Shown piece by piece: positions 28,731 to 36,072 of a stretch of 42,657 nucleotides of DNA (position 1 is the first letter of the stretch; the number at the start of each line of letters is the position of its first letter). Origin of the DNA: a virus (taxonomy: Duplodnaviria; Caudoviricetes); the IMG/VR virus record IMGVR_UViG_3300048886_000350, positions 1 through 42,657 of that record, one strand, 5' to 3'. A model generated the notes under the pieces. That model had not been told where the DNA came from. It saw nothing but the letters and a program-made list of their open reading frames with translations, and made no database searches. A program made the translations under genes and the position numbers.

Positions 28731-28955
28731 ATGACCAAGAAAAGACGAAATCAAATAGACATTGAATGCCAAGCATACGGATGTCTAAGAGACATTTTTG
28801 ATACACGCAAAAGAAATTTGCAAATTAGAATCCTTGAGGAAACTGCAAACGGAGATATTGATGCAATCCAAGGTTTGCAAGCATTAGACAAATTTGAAGA
28901 AGAAAGAGATGAAGTAGAAAATGCTTTCATGAGAAAGTTTAGCCTAAGAGATTAA
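28731..28955 (+). CDS. Early hypothetical protein
   Basis: RBS CAAACGGAGAACATC-ATG. Confidence 0.75.
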   Translation: MTKKRRNQIDIECQAYGCLRDIFDTRKRNLQIRILEETANGDIDAIQGLQALDKFEEERDEVENAFMRKFSLRD

Positions 28956-28962
28956 CCTAAAA

Positions 28963-28984
28963 GGGAGAGTTTAAAAGCTCTCCC
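28963..28984. terminator. GC-rich intergenic hairpin (mRNA processing/stability, or minus-strand terminator)
   Basis: GGGAGAGT-TTAAAA-GCTCTCCC. An A-run precedes it, so the U-tract would be on the minus strand. Confidence 0.45.
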
Positions 28985-29010
28985 AAATTCAAACCCAAAC
29001 GGAGAACAAG

Positions 29011-29181
29011 ATGGAAAAGACATATACAATAAAAGCGGATCAAGTAAGCGCAGTATTCTCAGAATTAATGAATAAATATGAGGAAGAAAACGAGTCAATT
29101 ATTTATGAACTAGGCTTATTTCTAATGAGAATATCACAGTTTATAATGACAGCTTTTCTAGTCTTCACAGTAATTCAGTAA
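29011..29181 (+). CDS. 56-aa early protein with C-terminal hydrophobic segment (not in the ORF track)
   Basis: RBS CAAACGGAGAACAAG-ATG; MEKTYTIKADQVSAVFSELM...FIMTAFLVFTVIQ. Confidence 0.7.
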   Translation: MEKTYTIKADQVSAVFSELMNKYEEENESIIYELGLFLMRISQFIMTAFLVFTVIQ

Positions 29182-29202
29182 ATCTTAAAAGAGGAGAACA
29201 AG

Positions 29203-29286
29203 ATGCTAGTAAAATTGATTTTCTTTATTTATTTACTTGTTTATTTTCAAAACATAAAAGAAGGAGAACAAAATGGCACATCTTAA
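29203..29286 (+). CDS. 27-aa hydrophobic peptide (not in the ORF track)
   Basis: RBS GAGGAGAACAAG-ATG; MLVKLIFFIYLLVYFQNIKEGEQNGTS. Confidence 0.5.
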   Translation: MLVKLIFFIYLLVYFQNIKEGEQNGTS

Positions 29287-29557
29287 CGTGATTTATGATG
29301 ATCAAGGAGACACAGTAGACTATAATGTGTTCTGCTCTGATTTCTGTAATCAAGACTATTGCAGACATGAAAAAATAGAGTATCAAGGCGAATTTGGTTG
29401 TCAGGAAATACCAGTAAACACACCTTGTAAGAGTTGCAATAACTTAGTTCAAGGAATTGATAATTTTGATGGAGAAGAACAAACTCTAGAAGAGTTTGAA
29501 AAAGCAAAAAGAATTTGGGAAAGTGAAAATACTGTAACTCAGAGAATCTGGCCTTAA
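29273..29557 (+). CDS. Early Cys-rich hypothetical protein (possible Zn binding)
   Basis: FCSDFC and CKSC motifs; RBS AGGAGAACAAA-ATG. Confidence 0.75.
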   Translation: MAHLNVIYDDQGDTVDYNVFCSDFCNQDYCRHEKIEYQGEFGCQEIPVNTPCKSCNNLVQGIDNFDGEEQTLEEFEKAKRIWESENTVTQRIWP

Positions 29558-29572
29558 ACAATGGAGAACAAA

Positions 29573-29794
29573 ATGCAAGATACAATTGTAATTGATCAAT
29601 TTGGTTTTGATTATAAAATTGATCATCTTGGAACACGTAGAGGAATTGACGGACATAAAAAAGATTCTGTTTTGATTACTTTCATGTTTGATCAAATGCC
29701 TGTAAATATTGTTAAACAAGCACAAAATAAACTTTTATATGAATTCTCAGGTATAGATGTAAACTTTAGAATTCCTTGGAGTAAAACAGTTTAA
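29573..29794 (+). CDS. Early hypothetical protein
   Basis: Start reassigned to ATG 29573 behind GGAGAACAAA. Confidence 0.7.
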   Translation: MQDTIVIDQFGFDYKIDHLGTRRGIDGHKKDSVLITFMFDQMPVNIVKQAQNKLLYEFSGIDVNFRIPWSKTV

Positions 29795-29815
29795 CCTAAA
29801 AAAGAGGAGAACAAA

Positions 29816-30538
29816 ATGAGTATATTATCTGATGGAGCTAACAACGCAAAAACAATTAAAAGTGATTTATCTGACATTGTAGAAAAGTTTTTAGAAGACT
29901 ATGAAAAGGCTTTAACTGGTATCGTATATCTTGCACCTGCAAGCATCTCAGGAAAGAATGTTTGCGGTTCTTCAAGTCCTGCCTGTAGGAAAGCTTGTCT
30001 ATACTCTGCAGGACGTGGTAAGATGTCAAATGTCCAAAAGGGAAGACTGAGAAAAACAATACTATTTCTCAAATCAAGAAAAGATTATTTCAATCAATTA
30101 AATAAAGATATAGAAAAGCTTAAACGCAAATCGGTAAAGAATAAAGCTTTAACTTGTATCCGATTAAACGGAACAAGTGATTTGCCATACCAAAACATAA
30201 AACAAGGAGAAAATAATCAGAGTATAATGCATGATCATAAAGATGTCCAATTTTATGATTATACAAAAGACTGGAACCGTAAACCAAAAACAAGCAACTA
30301 TCATTTAACGTACTCAAAATCAGAACTTCACACAGAGCAGGACGTTCAGGAAATGGTAGCAAAAGGAAATAATGTTGCTGTGGTGTTTAGAGGTAAACTG
30401 CCTAAGACATACGCAGGACATACAGTTTTCAATGGAGATGATACAGATCTCAGATTTCTAGATCCTAAAGGAGTTGTAGTAGGATTAAAAGCAAAAGGAG
30501 ATGCTAAAAAAGATGTATCAGGATTTGTAGTTGATTAA
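29816..30538 (+). CDS. Gp88-like phage protein
   Basis: YLAPA...NVC....ACRKACLYSAGRG, IRLNGTSD, QFYDYTK, NYHLTYS, NVAVVF, GDDTDLRFLDP and VGLKAKG motifs. Confidence 0.85.
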   Translation: MSILSDGANNAKTIKSDLSDIVEKFLEDYEKALTGIVYLAPASISGKNVCGSSSPACRKACLYSAGRGKMSNVQKGRLRKTILFLKSRKDYFNQLNKDIEKLKRKSVKNKALTCIRLNGTSDLPYQNIKQGENNQSIMHDHKDVQFYDYTKDWNRKPKTSNYHLTYSKSELHTEQDVQEMVAKGNNVAVVFRGKLPKTYAGHTVFNGDDTDLRFLDPKGVVVGLKAKGDAKKDVSGFVVD

Positions 30539-30557
30539 CAATTAATCGGAGAACAAA

Positions 30558-30746
30558 ATGAATAAAGAAAATTTAGTACTTGTGGAAGTGACAATTAAAG
30601 ATGGAGAACTTAAAGGAGTTCAGGCATACGAAGGAGATGAACAAGAAAGAAAATTTGCATCAAATGGATGGTGTAAACCTACAAAGGGTGTTATCGTACA
30701 TACTTTGGCAATAACAGTAACCAAAAAGAAGAGGAGAAAAATATGA
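30558..30746 (+). CDS. Early hypothetical protein
   Basis: RBS CGGAGAACAAA-ATG. Confidence 0.7.
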   Translation: MNKENLVLVEVTIKDGELKGVQAYEGDEQERKFASNGWCKPTKGVIVHTLAITVTKKKRRKI

Positions 30747-30943
30747 GTAAAGAAATAGTAATTCAGGAAAGGATAGAATATGGAACAGTCAGATACTATC
30801 CTACTAATGAACTAGGAAAGAAATTTGCAAGTTTATTAGGAAAAAAGACTTTAACTCTTGAAGCTTTAAATTTTATAATTAAAGAGTTAGACATTGAAGT
30901 AAATTATAAATCCACTAATGTATTAGATCAATTTTTAAACTAG
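30743..30943 (+). CDS. Early conserved-type hypothetical protein
   Basis: YG..RYYP......FA.L.GKKTLT pattern; RBS GAGGAGAAAAAT-ATG. Confidence 0.75.
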   Translation: MSKEIVIQERIEYGTVRYYPTNELGKKFASLLGKKTLTLEALNFIIKELDIEVNYKSTNVLDQFLN

Positions 30944-30953
30944 GAGAATCAGA

Positions 30954-31100
30954 ATGGAAGAAAATAAAAGTTTAAACGAATCCACGAATAAAGAGGATTC
31001 AGACAATCCATATATAACTCCTGAAGGATGGTATATGGAATACCCGAAACCAAGGTACGAAAAGGATTCGGACAGAGGTGCTACCGATGAAGGGTGGTAA
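30954..31100 (+). CDS. 48-aa acidic early protein (not in the ORF track)
   Basis: RBS TAGGAGAATCAGA-ATG; MEENKSLNES...RGATDEGW. Confidence 0.6.
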   Translation: MEENKSLNESTNKEDSDNPYITPEGWYMEYPKPRYEKDSDRGATDEGW

Positions 31101-31105
31101 TGCCG

Positions 31106-31175
31106 TTAAAGTGGTGGTCACTTTAATGTTTTACAGTTATATTTCATTCAATGAAGAATGGAATATATTTTTTAT
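31106..31175 (+). terminator. Two AT-rich hairpins, each followed by T-rich sequence (possible weak terminators or processing sites)
   Basis: TTAAAGTG/CACTTTAA followed by TGTTTT; TATATTTCATTC/GAATGGAATATA followed by TATTTTTT. Confidence 0.35.
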
Positions 31176-31197
31176 TAATTTATTTTAGGAGAACAAG

Positions 31198-31443
31198 ATG
31201 GAAAGTTCAGAAATAAGAGAATTAGTTTTTGAAGCCTTGAGAAATTCAAAAGGTTATCGTTCTATTTTAAAAGGCATAGAATTTTCTGAGGAAAATTTAA
31301 TTCAAGTAAGAAAAGCTATACGGAAGTTTTTCAAGAATCAAAAAGTTGTTGTCCGTACTCGTTGGCGTGGAGTTAGGAATCATCACAGAGATCACAACAT
31401 TAAGAGTGAAGCTGAACATTTCGATGTTTATGTATATGCATAG
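31198..31443 (+). CDS. Early basic hypothetical protein
   Basis: RBS TAGGAGAACAAG-ATG. Confidence 0.7.
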   Translation: MESSEIRELVFEALRNSKGYRSILKGIEFSEENLIQVRKAIRKFFKNQKVVVRTRWRGVRNHHRDHNIKSEAEHFDVYVYA

Positions 31444-31445
31444 AA

Positions 31446-31736
31446 TTGTCATCCTGATAGGATCAGAATAGCATCCCGAATAGATGATAAAGAAAGTATT
31501 TGTAATACTAGGTGTTAGGCTTGGTTCCAGAAGTGCAGATCCAGGTTAGGATTAGAAAGTCCTATCTCAAAATCTTTTGAGGTCAGAATCCTTGAACAAG
31601 ATACTTTCGTTTAGTAGGGTAGTGATCGACGCGAGATCTCCGTTTGCTATCCTACTTCTCGTTTTCGTAGGGTAGGAATAAGAAATAACGTACCAGAATA
31701 TTTGGTCGAGTTCTCTTATTTCCTACTCTACTTCTC
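31446..31736 (+). ncRNA. Structured non-coding RNA block with four consecutive stem domains
   Basis: Stems at 31446-31490, 31492-31608 (multibranch), 31613-31656 and 31667-31731. Mismatches are mostly G-U on the + strand; no + strand ORF in the ORF track. Confidence 0.65.
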
Positions 31737-31742
31737 ATTCAT

Positions 31743-31827
31743 GGGCAAGTATGCAATGGAGAAAGCAACCAGACTGTAAATCTGGTGTCGCTAGACAAAG
31801 TAGGTGCAACTCCTACCTTGCCCACCA
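31743..31827 (+). tRNA. tRNA-Tyr (GUA)
   Basis: Acceptor stem GGGCAAG/CTTGCCC plus A-CCA; D arm TGC..GCA; anticodon arm CCAGA-CT-GTA-AA-TCTGG; long variable arm; T arm GTAGG-TGCAACT-CCTAC. Confidence 0.92.
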
Positions 31828-31847
31828 ACTTTAAATTGGAGAACAAA

Positions 31848-32018
31848 ATGGAAAAGGTAACTATAGAACAAGTCGAGTTTTGGCTTAGTCTTGGTGATAG
31901 CGATTGGAACAAGCTTGAGATATTAGAAGATCTCATGAATTTAGCAAATGGAGAGTACAAACCAGAGGTATTAAGAGATGACATTATAAGTACCTATCTA
32001 GCTAATAAGGAGAACTAA
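31848..32018 (+). CDS. Hypothetical protein (56 aa)
   Basis: Start reassigned to ATG 31848 behind GGAGAACAAA, because the longer ORF call overlaps the tRNA. Confidence 0.7.
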   Translation: MEKVTIEQVEFWLSLGDSDWNKLEILEDLMNLANGEYKPEVLRDDIISTYLANKEN

Positions 32019-33134
32019 ATGAAATTCTTTTCATTCGCAAGTGGAGTAGACCTGTTTGGATTAGGCATGAGACAAGCAGGACATGAACAAGTAGGTCATG
32101 CAGAAGTAGACAAATGGAGTAACTTACTTAATGAAGAATTTAACAACTCAAAAGGAGGAAATTATGGAGACATCAGAAAAATTGCAAAAGACCCAAGTAT
32201 CCTGCCAGATTTCGACATTGCCTGTGCAGGTCTACCCTGTCCTGCGTTCAGTATCGCTGGAAAACGGACAGAAAATCCCTTTGATCAAGCCGAATGTGGC
32301 GGTGACTTGTTTATACACTTTTGCAAAATCATACAATTTAAAAAACCTCGCATTCTTTTTCTTGAACAAGTCAAAGGAGTTCTATCGTCTGGCAAATGGA
32401 AAGGAGAAATCTTTAGTACCATGCTCAACAGGCTTTCAGAATTGGGGTACGATGCAGAATGGCAAACTTGTAACAGCAAGAATTTCGGAGTTCCACAAAA
32501 CAGAGAAAGAGTGTTCGTTATCGGATATCTTAGAGGAAAACCCAGACCCAAAGTATTTCCTCTCGTGGGAGAAACTAACTCGCACACTTGCAAGTCGGAG
32601 TCAGCAAAAACCGCAGTTGCTAGAACAATAAGTGGAGGAGCACACACAGGAGGAAATCATTCTGGAATGACAATTCTTCAATTAAATAAACCTAAACATT
32701 CCAATGATCGGATTTATTCTGACAAAGGAATTTCACCTACTATTAACTCGTGTTCAGGTGGTAGTAGACAACCCTTTGTTCTTACGGAAGTACGATCAGA
32801 GGAAGCAAAGAAAATAAGAAGGGAACACAAAGCAAAAACAGGAAAGGATTTCTCTCCAAGGCGAGGAAAAGAGATCGTTCCTAAAAAAGAGTCAGTCGTA
32901 GGAACTTTAACTACTAGGAAAAGTATAGAACAATCTATATTTGATGGTAAAGTCTTACGAAGACTCACACCTTTAGAGTTCTTTAGGCTACAGGGTGCAC
33001 CAGACTCTCTATATCACAAAGGAAGAGAACTTGGGATATCAGATACTCAATTGTTTAAAATGGCTGGAAATAGCGTTACTGTGCCTGTAATTAAAGCTAT
33101 AGGAGAAAGATTAAATAAAAAGGAGGATATATGA
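32019..33134 (+). CDS. DNA (cytosine-5) methyltransferase
   Basis: Motif I variant FSFASGVD, motif IV AGLPC.AFS.AG, motif VI EQV, motif VIII PQNRERVF, motif IX RRLTPLE..RLQG and motif X AGNSV. Confidence 0.93.
   Translation: MKFFSFASGVDLFGLGMRQAGHEQVGHAEVDKWSNLLNEEFNNSKGGNYGDIRKIAKDPSILPDFDIACAGLPCPAFSIAGKRTENPFDQAECGGDLFIHFCKIIQFKKPRILFLEQVKGVLSSGKWKGEIFSTMLNRLSELGYDAEWQTCNSKNFGVPQNRERVFVIGYLRGKPRPKVFPLVGETNSHTCKSESAKTAVARTISGGAHTGGNHSGMTILQLNKPKHSNDRIYSDKGISPTINSCSGGSRQPFVLTEVRSEEAKKIRREHKAKTGKDFSPRRGKEIVPKKESVVGTLTTRKSIEQSIFDGKVLRRLTPLEFFRLQGAPDSLYHKGRELGISDTQLFKMAGNSVTVPVIKAIGERLNKKEDI
32164..32631 (+). CDS. Nested alternative-frame ORF within the methyltransferase (putative second MTase-associated polypeptide)
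   Basis: Own SD AAAGGAGG just upstream of ATG 32164; 155 aa; ends with ECSLSDILEENPDPKYFLS. Confidence 0.65.
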   Translation: METSEKLQKTQVSCQISTLPVQVYPVLRSVSLENGQKIPLIKPNVAVTCLYTFAKSYNLKNLAFFFLNKSKEFYRLANGKEKSLVPCSTGFQNWGTMQNGKLVTARISEFHKTEKECSLSDILEENPDPKYFLSWEKLTRTLASRSQQKPQLLEQ

Positions 33135-33448
33135 TTGCTTATAAATTAGTACGTAAACTAAAGAGTGGAAAACTAACTCCATTGTTTATTAATAAGTCTC
33201 TAGGAATAGAATTAGATACTTGGTATAAATCTGAGTGTCATGCTACAAAAGGATTTAAAGTAAGACAAGGATGGCATTGCACATCTCTACCTATTGCTCC
33301 ACACTTATCAGAAAAAGATCGGGTGTGGATAAAGGTAGAAATTGAAGATACAACAGAACATCAACGTCCTGAATCTCAAGGCGGATTATGGTATACAGCA
33401 AATTGGATTAAATTTTTGGAGATTTTAAAGGAGAAAGATTATGGGTAG
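33131..33448 (+). CDS. Conserved-type phage hypothetical protein
   Basis: AYKL.R......L.PLFI, GF..R.GWHC...P.APHL and RPESQGG.W motifs; SD aggagg. Confidence 0.75.
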   Translation: MIAYKLVRKLKSGKLTPLFINKSLGIELDTWYKSECHATKGFKVRQGWHCTSLPIAPHLSEKDRVWIKVEIEDTTEHQRPESQGGLWYTANWIKFLEILKEKDYG

Positions 33449-33593
33449 ATGGTTCTTAATATTACCTGACATGTTGGTATTTTTTAGCATATTTGGTTTT
33501 GGATTCTTGTCTGGGATCTTTATTATTCTTATTATCGTTGCTCATAATGTGATAAAAGGTAATACATTAACAATTCGTAAAGAGGAGTTCTAA
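33441..33593 (+). CDS. 50-aa membrane protein (not in the ORF track)
   Basis: MGRWFLILPDMLVFFSIFGFGFLSGIFIILIIVAHNVIKGNTLTIRKEEF; SD aaggag; stop overlaps the RNAP start (TAATG). Confidence 0.65.
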   Translation: MGRWFLILPDMLVFFSIFGFGFLSGIFIILIIVAHNVIKGNTLTIRKEEF

Positions 33594-36037
33594 TGGAAGG
33601 AAATATATTTGAGATTCAGAAATCTTTAGAAGAAGAAATGGTTTATACTGGAATTGAAAAGTTCCAGAAACAAGTAAGAGAAGCTAAACAAAAAGGTACA
33701 GAATCCATTACCTTACATGGAATCTTACTTATGAAGAAAACAGTTATCACTCTAAGTAAAGCCATACACACTCACATAAATGAGGAGGTTTCAAAACCAG
33801 GTCGAATGAAGTCTATGACTCCTTTCCTAGCAATGCTAGAAAACGATGTAGCAGCTTTTATATCTTTAAGAGCTATCATGGATGGAATCTCACATTCTCA
33901 GAAACTTATGAATCTTTCCCATCAGATCGGACAGGCTTTATCGGATCAGGTAAGATTTAATTTTTGGGAACATCAAGATAAAAAATATTTCAGAATGCTT
34001 GTGGAAAAGATAGGGAAAATATCTGCATCTCGACATTATCGAAGGTATGGCTTAATCCGTACTGCTTCTTATAGAATGGAGGAAGAGATCCCTGTTTGGA
34101 CTCATGTAGAGAAAACACAAGTAGGACAGTTGATGATAGATCTGATAATTAGGTCAACTGGATTAATTAAACTAGGATCTACTAGATCTAAAGGAAAAAA
34201 ATATTCTTCATATACTATTGTACCAACTCAGGAAACATTAGATATGATTCAGGATATAATTAATCAAGGAGAGTTACTTTCTCCTGCTTATTTACCTATG
34301 GTAACGACTCCGAAAAAGTGGACTAATCCTTCAAATGGAGGTTATTTATCACATAGATTACCATTTATTAAGGAAACGCATAAGAATGTTAAGACTGACC
34401 TTCCATATAGTAACATGGATATGGAATTTGAGTGTGTTAATTCTTTACAGGAAACCAAGTGGAAAGTTAATACAAAAGTTCTTGATGTTATGAAAGAAGC
34501 GTGGGATCATGGGAGAATAATAGGATCTATGCCTGATCGTAATGAGATGGATTTACCTCCTCGTGATTTTCCGAAGGATCTAAAGAAGCAAGACATGGAT
34601 GAGGAGACAAAGCTCAAATTCAAAGCTTGGAAAGTGAAAGCTACCCAAGTTTATGAAGAAAATATAAGAAGAAAGAGTCAGATCCTACAATTCATGAGGA
34701 CTTTAAATCTTGCAGGAAAATTTAAAGACTTTGATCAGATTTATTTTCCTTATCAATCAGACTTTAGAGGAAGAAAATACACAGTGAGCAGTTTCTTGAC
34801 TCCGCAAGGTACTGAATATGCTAAGTCTCTTCTAACATTTGGGGAAGGATTACCAATTGAAACTCAAGAACAGGCAGATTGGTTGGCTATTCACGGAGCT
34901 AATTGTGCAGGAATAGATAAAGTAAGTTTTGATGAGAGAATCCAATGGATCTCAGAAAATGAAGAACATATTCTAAAATCTGCAGAACTTGGTCTTGACT
35001 ATGATTGGTGGACACAATTTGATGATGCTTGGATATTCTTTGCATTCTGCTCAGAATGGGCTGTATTGAAAAGAAATGGCTTAGGGGTACTCAGCTACCT
35101 CCCAATAGCTTTAGATGGCTCTAACAATGGTTTACAGCATTATTCAGCCATGTTGAGATGTCCTATTGGAGGTAAAGCAACAAACTTAACGAATGAACCT
35201 GTTCCACAGGACATTTATCAGGAAGTTGCTGATGTAGTATTTCGGGAAACCAAAAGACTAGCTGATTTAGATGATCCTATAGCTAAGAAGTGGCTTGAAT
35301 CTGGCTTGATAAATCGTAAGATGACTAAAAGACCTGTGATGGTGGTTCCTTATGGTGGAACTAGGTTCTCTGCTATGGTTTATGTAGAAGAGTATGTAAA
35401 AGATCAACTTAGGAAAGGGGAGAAGTTTGAAATACCTGAAAATGAAAAACTTTCTAAATATATAAACTGGATTACCGCCTTAGTTTGGAGTGCTATTGGA
35501 GAAGTTATAATTTCTGCTAAGGAAGCAATGACATGGATCAGAAATGTTAGTTCTGAACTCTCTAAAAAGGGTTATCCTGTTATTTGGAAAACTCCTACAG
35601 GACTCTACATCTACCAACATTACAAGGCTTTTAAATGGAGACAGATCAATACTACCATTGATGGTAAACTCTTAAAACCTGTAATTTATGAAGAGGATGG
35701 TAAGAAGATAGATGTTCATAGATCTATAAATGGATCAGCACCTAATTTCGTGCATAGTTTAGATGCCTCAGCACTAACCCTGACTGTGCATCTATGTAAC
35801 AAGGAGGAGATTAATAGCTATGCTATGATCCATGATAGTTATGGAACGCATGCCTATAATACTCCTAAACTGGCAAAACTTTTACGAGAAGCATTCGTAG
35901 ATATTTATTCTAAGAATGATGTTCTAGGTGATTTTCGTAAAGCTGCTTTGGAAGTATTGGATGAAGTTCCAGAACCTCCAAAACTAGGAAACCTTAATAT
36001 TTATGAGGTGTTAGACTCACCTTATTTTTTTAATTAA
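33593..36037 (+). CDS. Single-subunit DNA-directed RNA polymerase, T7 gp1-like
   Basis: DFRGR.Y, motif A LDGSNNGLQHYSA, motif B R...KRPVMVVPYG, PNFVHSLDA and motif C IHDSYGTH. Confidence 0.98.
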   Translation: MEGNIFEIQKSLEEEMVYTGIEKFQKQVREAKQKGTESITLHGILLMKKTVITLSKAIHTHINEEVSKPGRMKSMTPFLAMLENDVAAFISLRAIMDGISHSQKLMNLSHQIGQALSDQVRFNFWEHQDKKYFRMLVEKIGKISASRHYRRYGLIRTASYRMEEEIPVWTHVEKTQVGQLMIDLIIRSTGLIKLGSTRSKGKKYSSYTIVPTQETLDMIQDIINQGELLSPAYLPMVTTPKKWTNPSNGGYLSHRLPFIKETHKNVKTDLPYSNMDMEFECVNSLQETKWKVNTKVLDVMKEAWDHGRIIGSMPDRNEMDLPPRDFPKDLKKQDMDEETKLKFKAWKVKATQVYEENIRRKSQILQFMRTLNLAGKFKDFDQIYFPYQSDFRGRKYTVSSFLTPQGTEYAKSLLTFGEGLPIETQEQADWLAIHGANCAGIDKVSFDERIQWISENEEHILKSAELGLDYDWWTQFDDAWIFFAFCSEWAVLKRNGLGVLSYLPIALDGSNNGLQHYSAMLRCPIGGKATNLTNEPVPQDIYQEVADVVFRETKRLADLDDPIAKKWLESGLINRKMTKRPVMVVPYGGTRFSAMVYVEEYVKDQLRKGEKFEIPENEKLSKYINWITALVWSAIGEVIISAKEAMTWIRNVSSELSKKGYPVIWKTPTGLYIYQHYKAFKWRQINTTIDGKLLKPVIYEEDGKKIDVHRSINGSAPNFVHSLDASALTLTVHLCNKEEINSYAMIHDSYGTHAYNTPKLAKLLREAFVDIYSKNDVLGDFRKAALEVLDEVPEPPKLGNLNIYEVLDSPYFFN

Positions 36038-36046
36038 TTCTTTTTA

Positions 36047-36063
36047 CCTACTCTAGATATAGA
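36047..36063 (+). promoter_or_regulatory. Putative phage RNA polymerase promoter (copy after RNAP gene)
   Basis: CCTACTCTAGATAT-AGA immediately downstream of the RNAP stop, where T7-like phages place the first class II promoter; 14-bp identity with 27616-27629. Confidence 0.65.
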
Positions 36064-36072
36064 AAGGAAATC

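Noticed and set aside
31453-31482. Hammerhead ribozyme (CTGATAG...CGAA)
   Set aside because: The core deviates from CUGANGA/GAAA and no third stem with an NUH cleavage site is evident.
31739-31984. ORFs overlapping the tRNA (minus 31739-31984 and the 31785 start)
   Set aside because: The tRNA cloverleaf is convincing, and the + ORF has a canonical RBS at ATG 31848.
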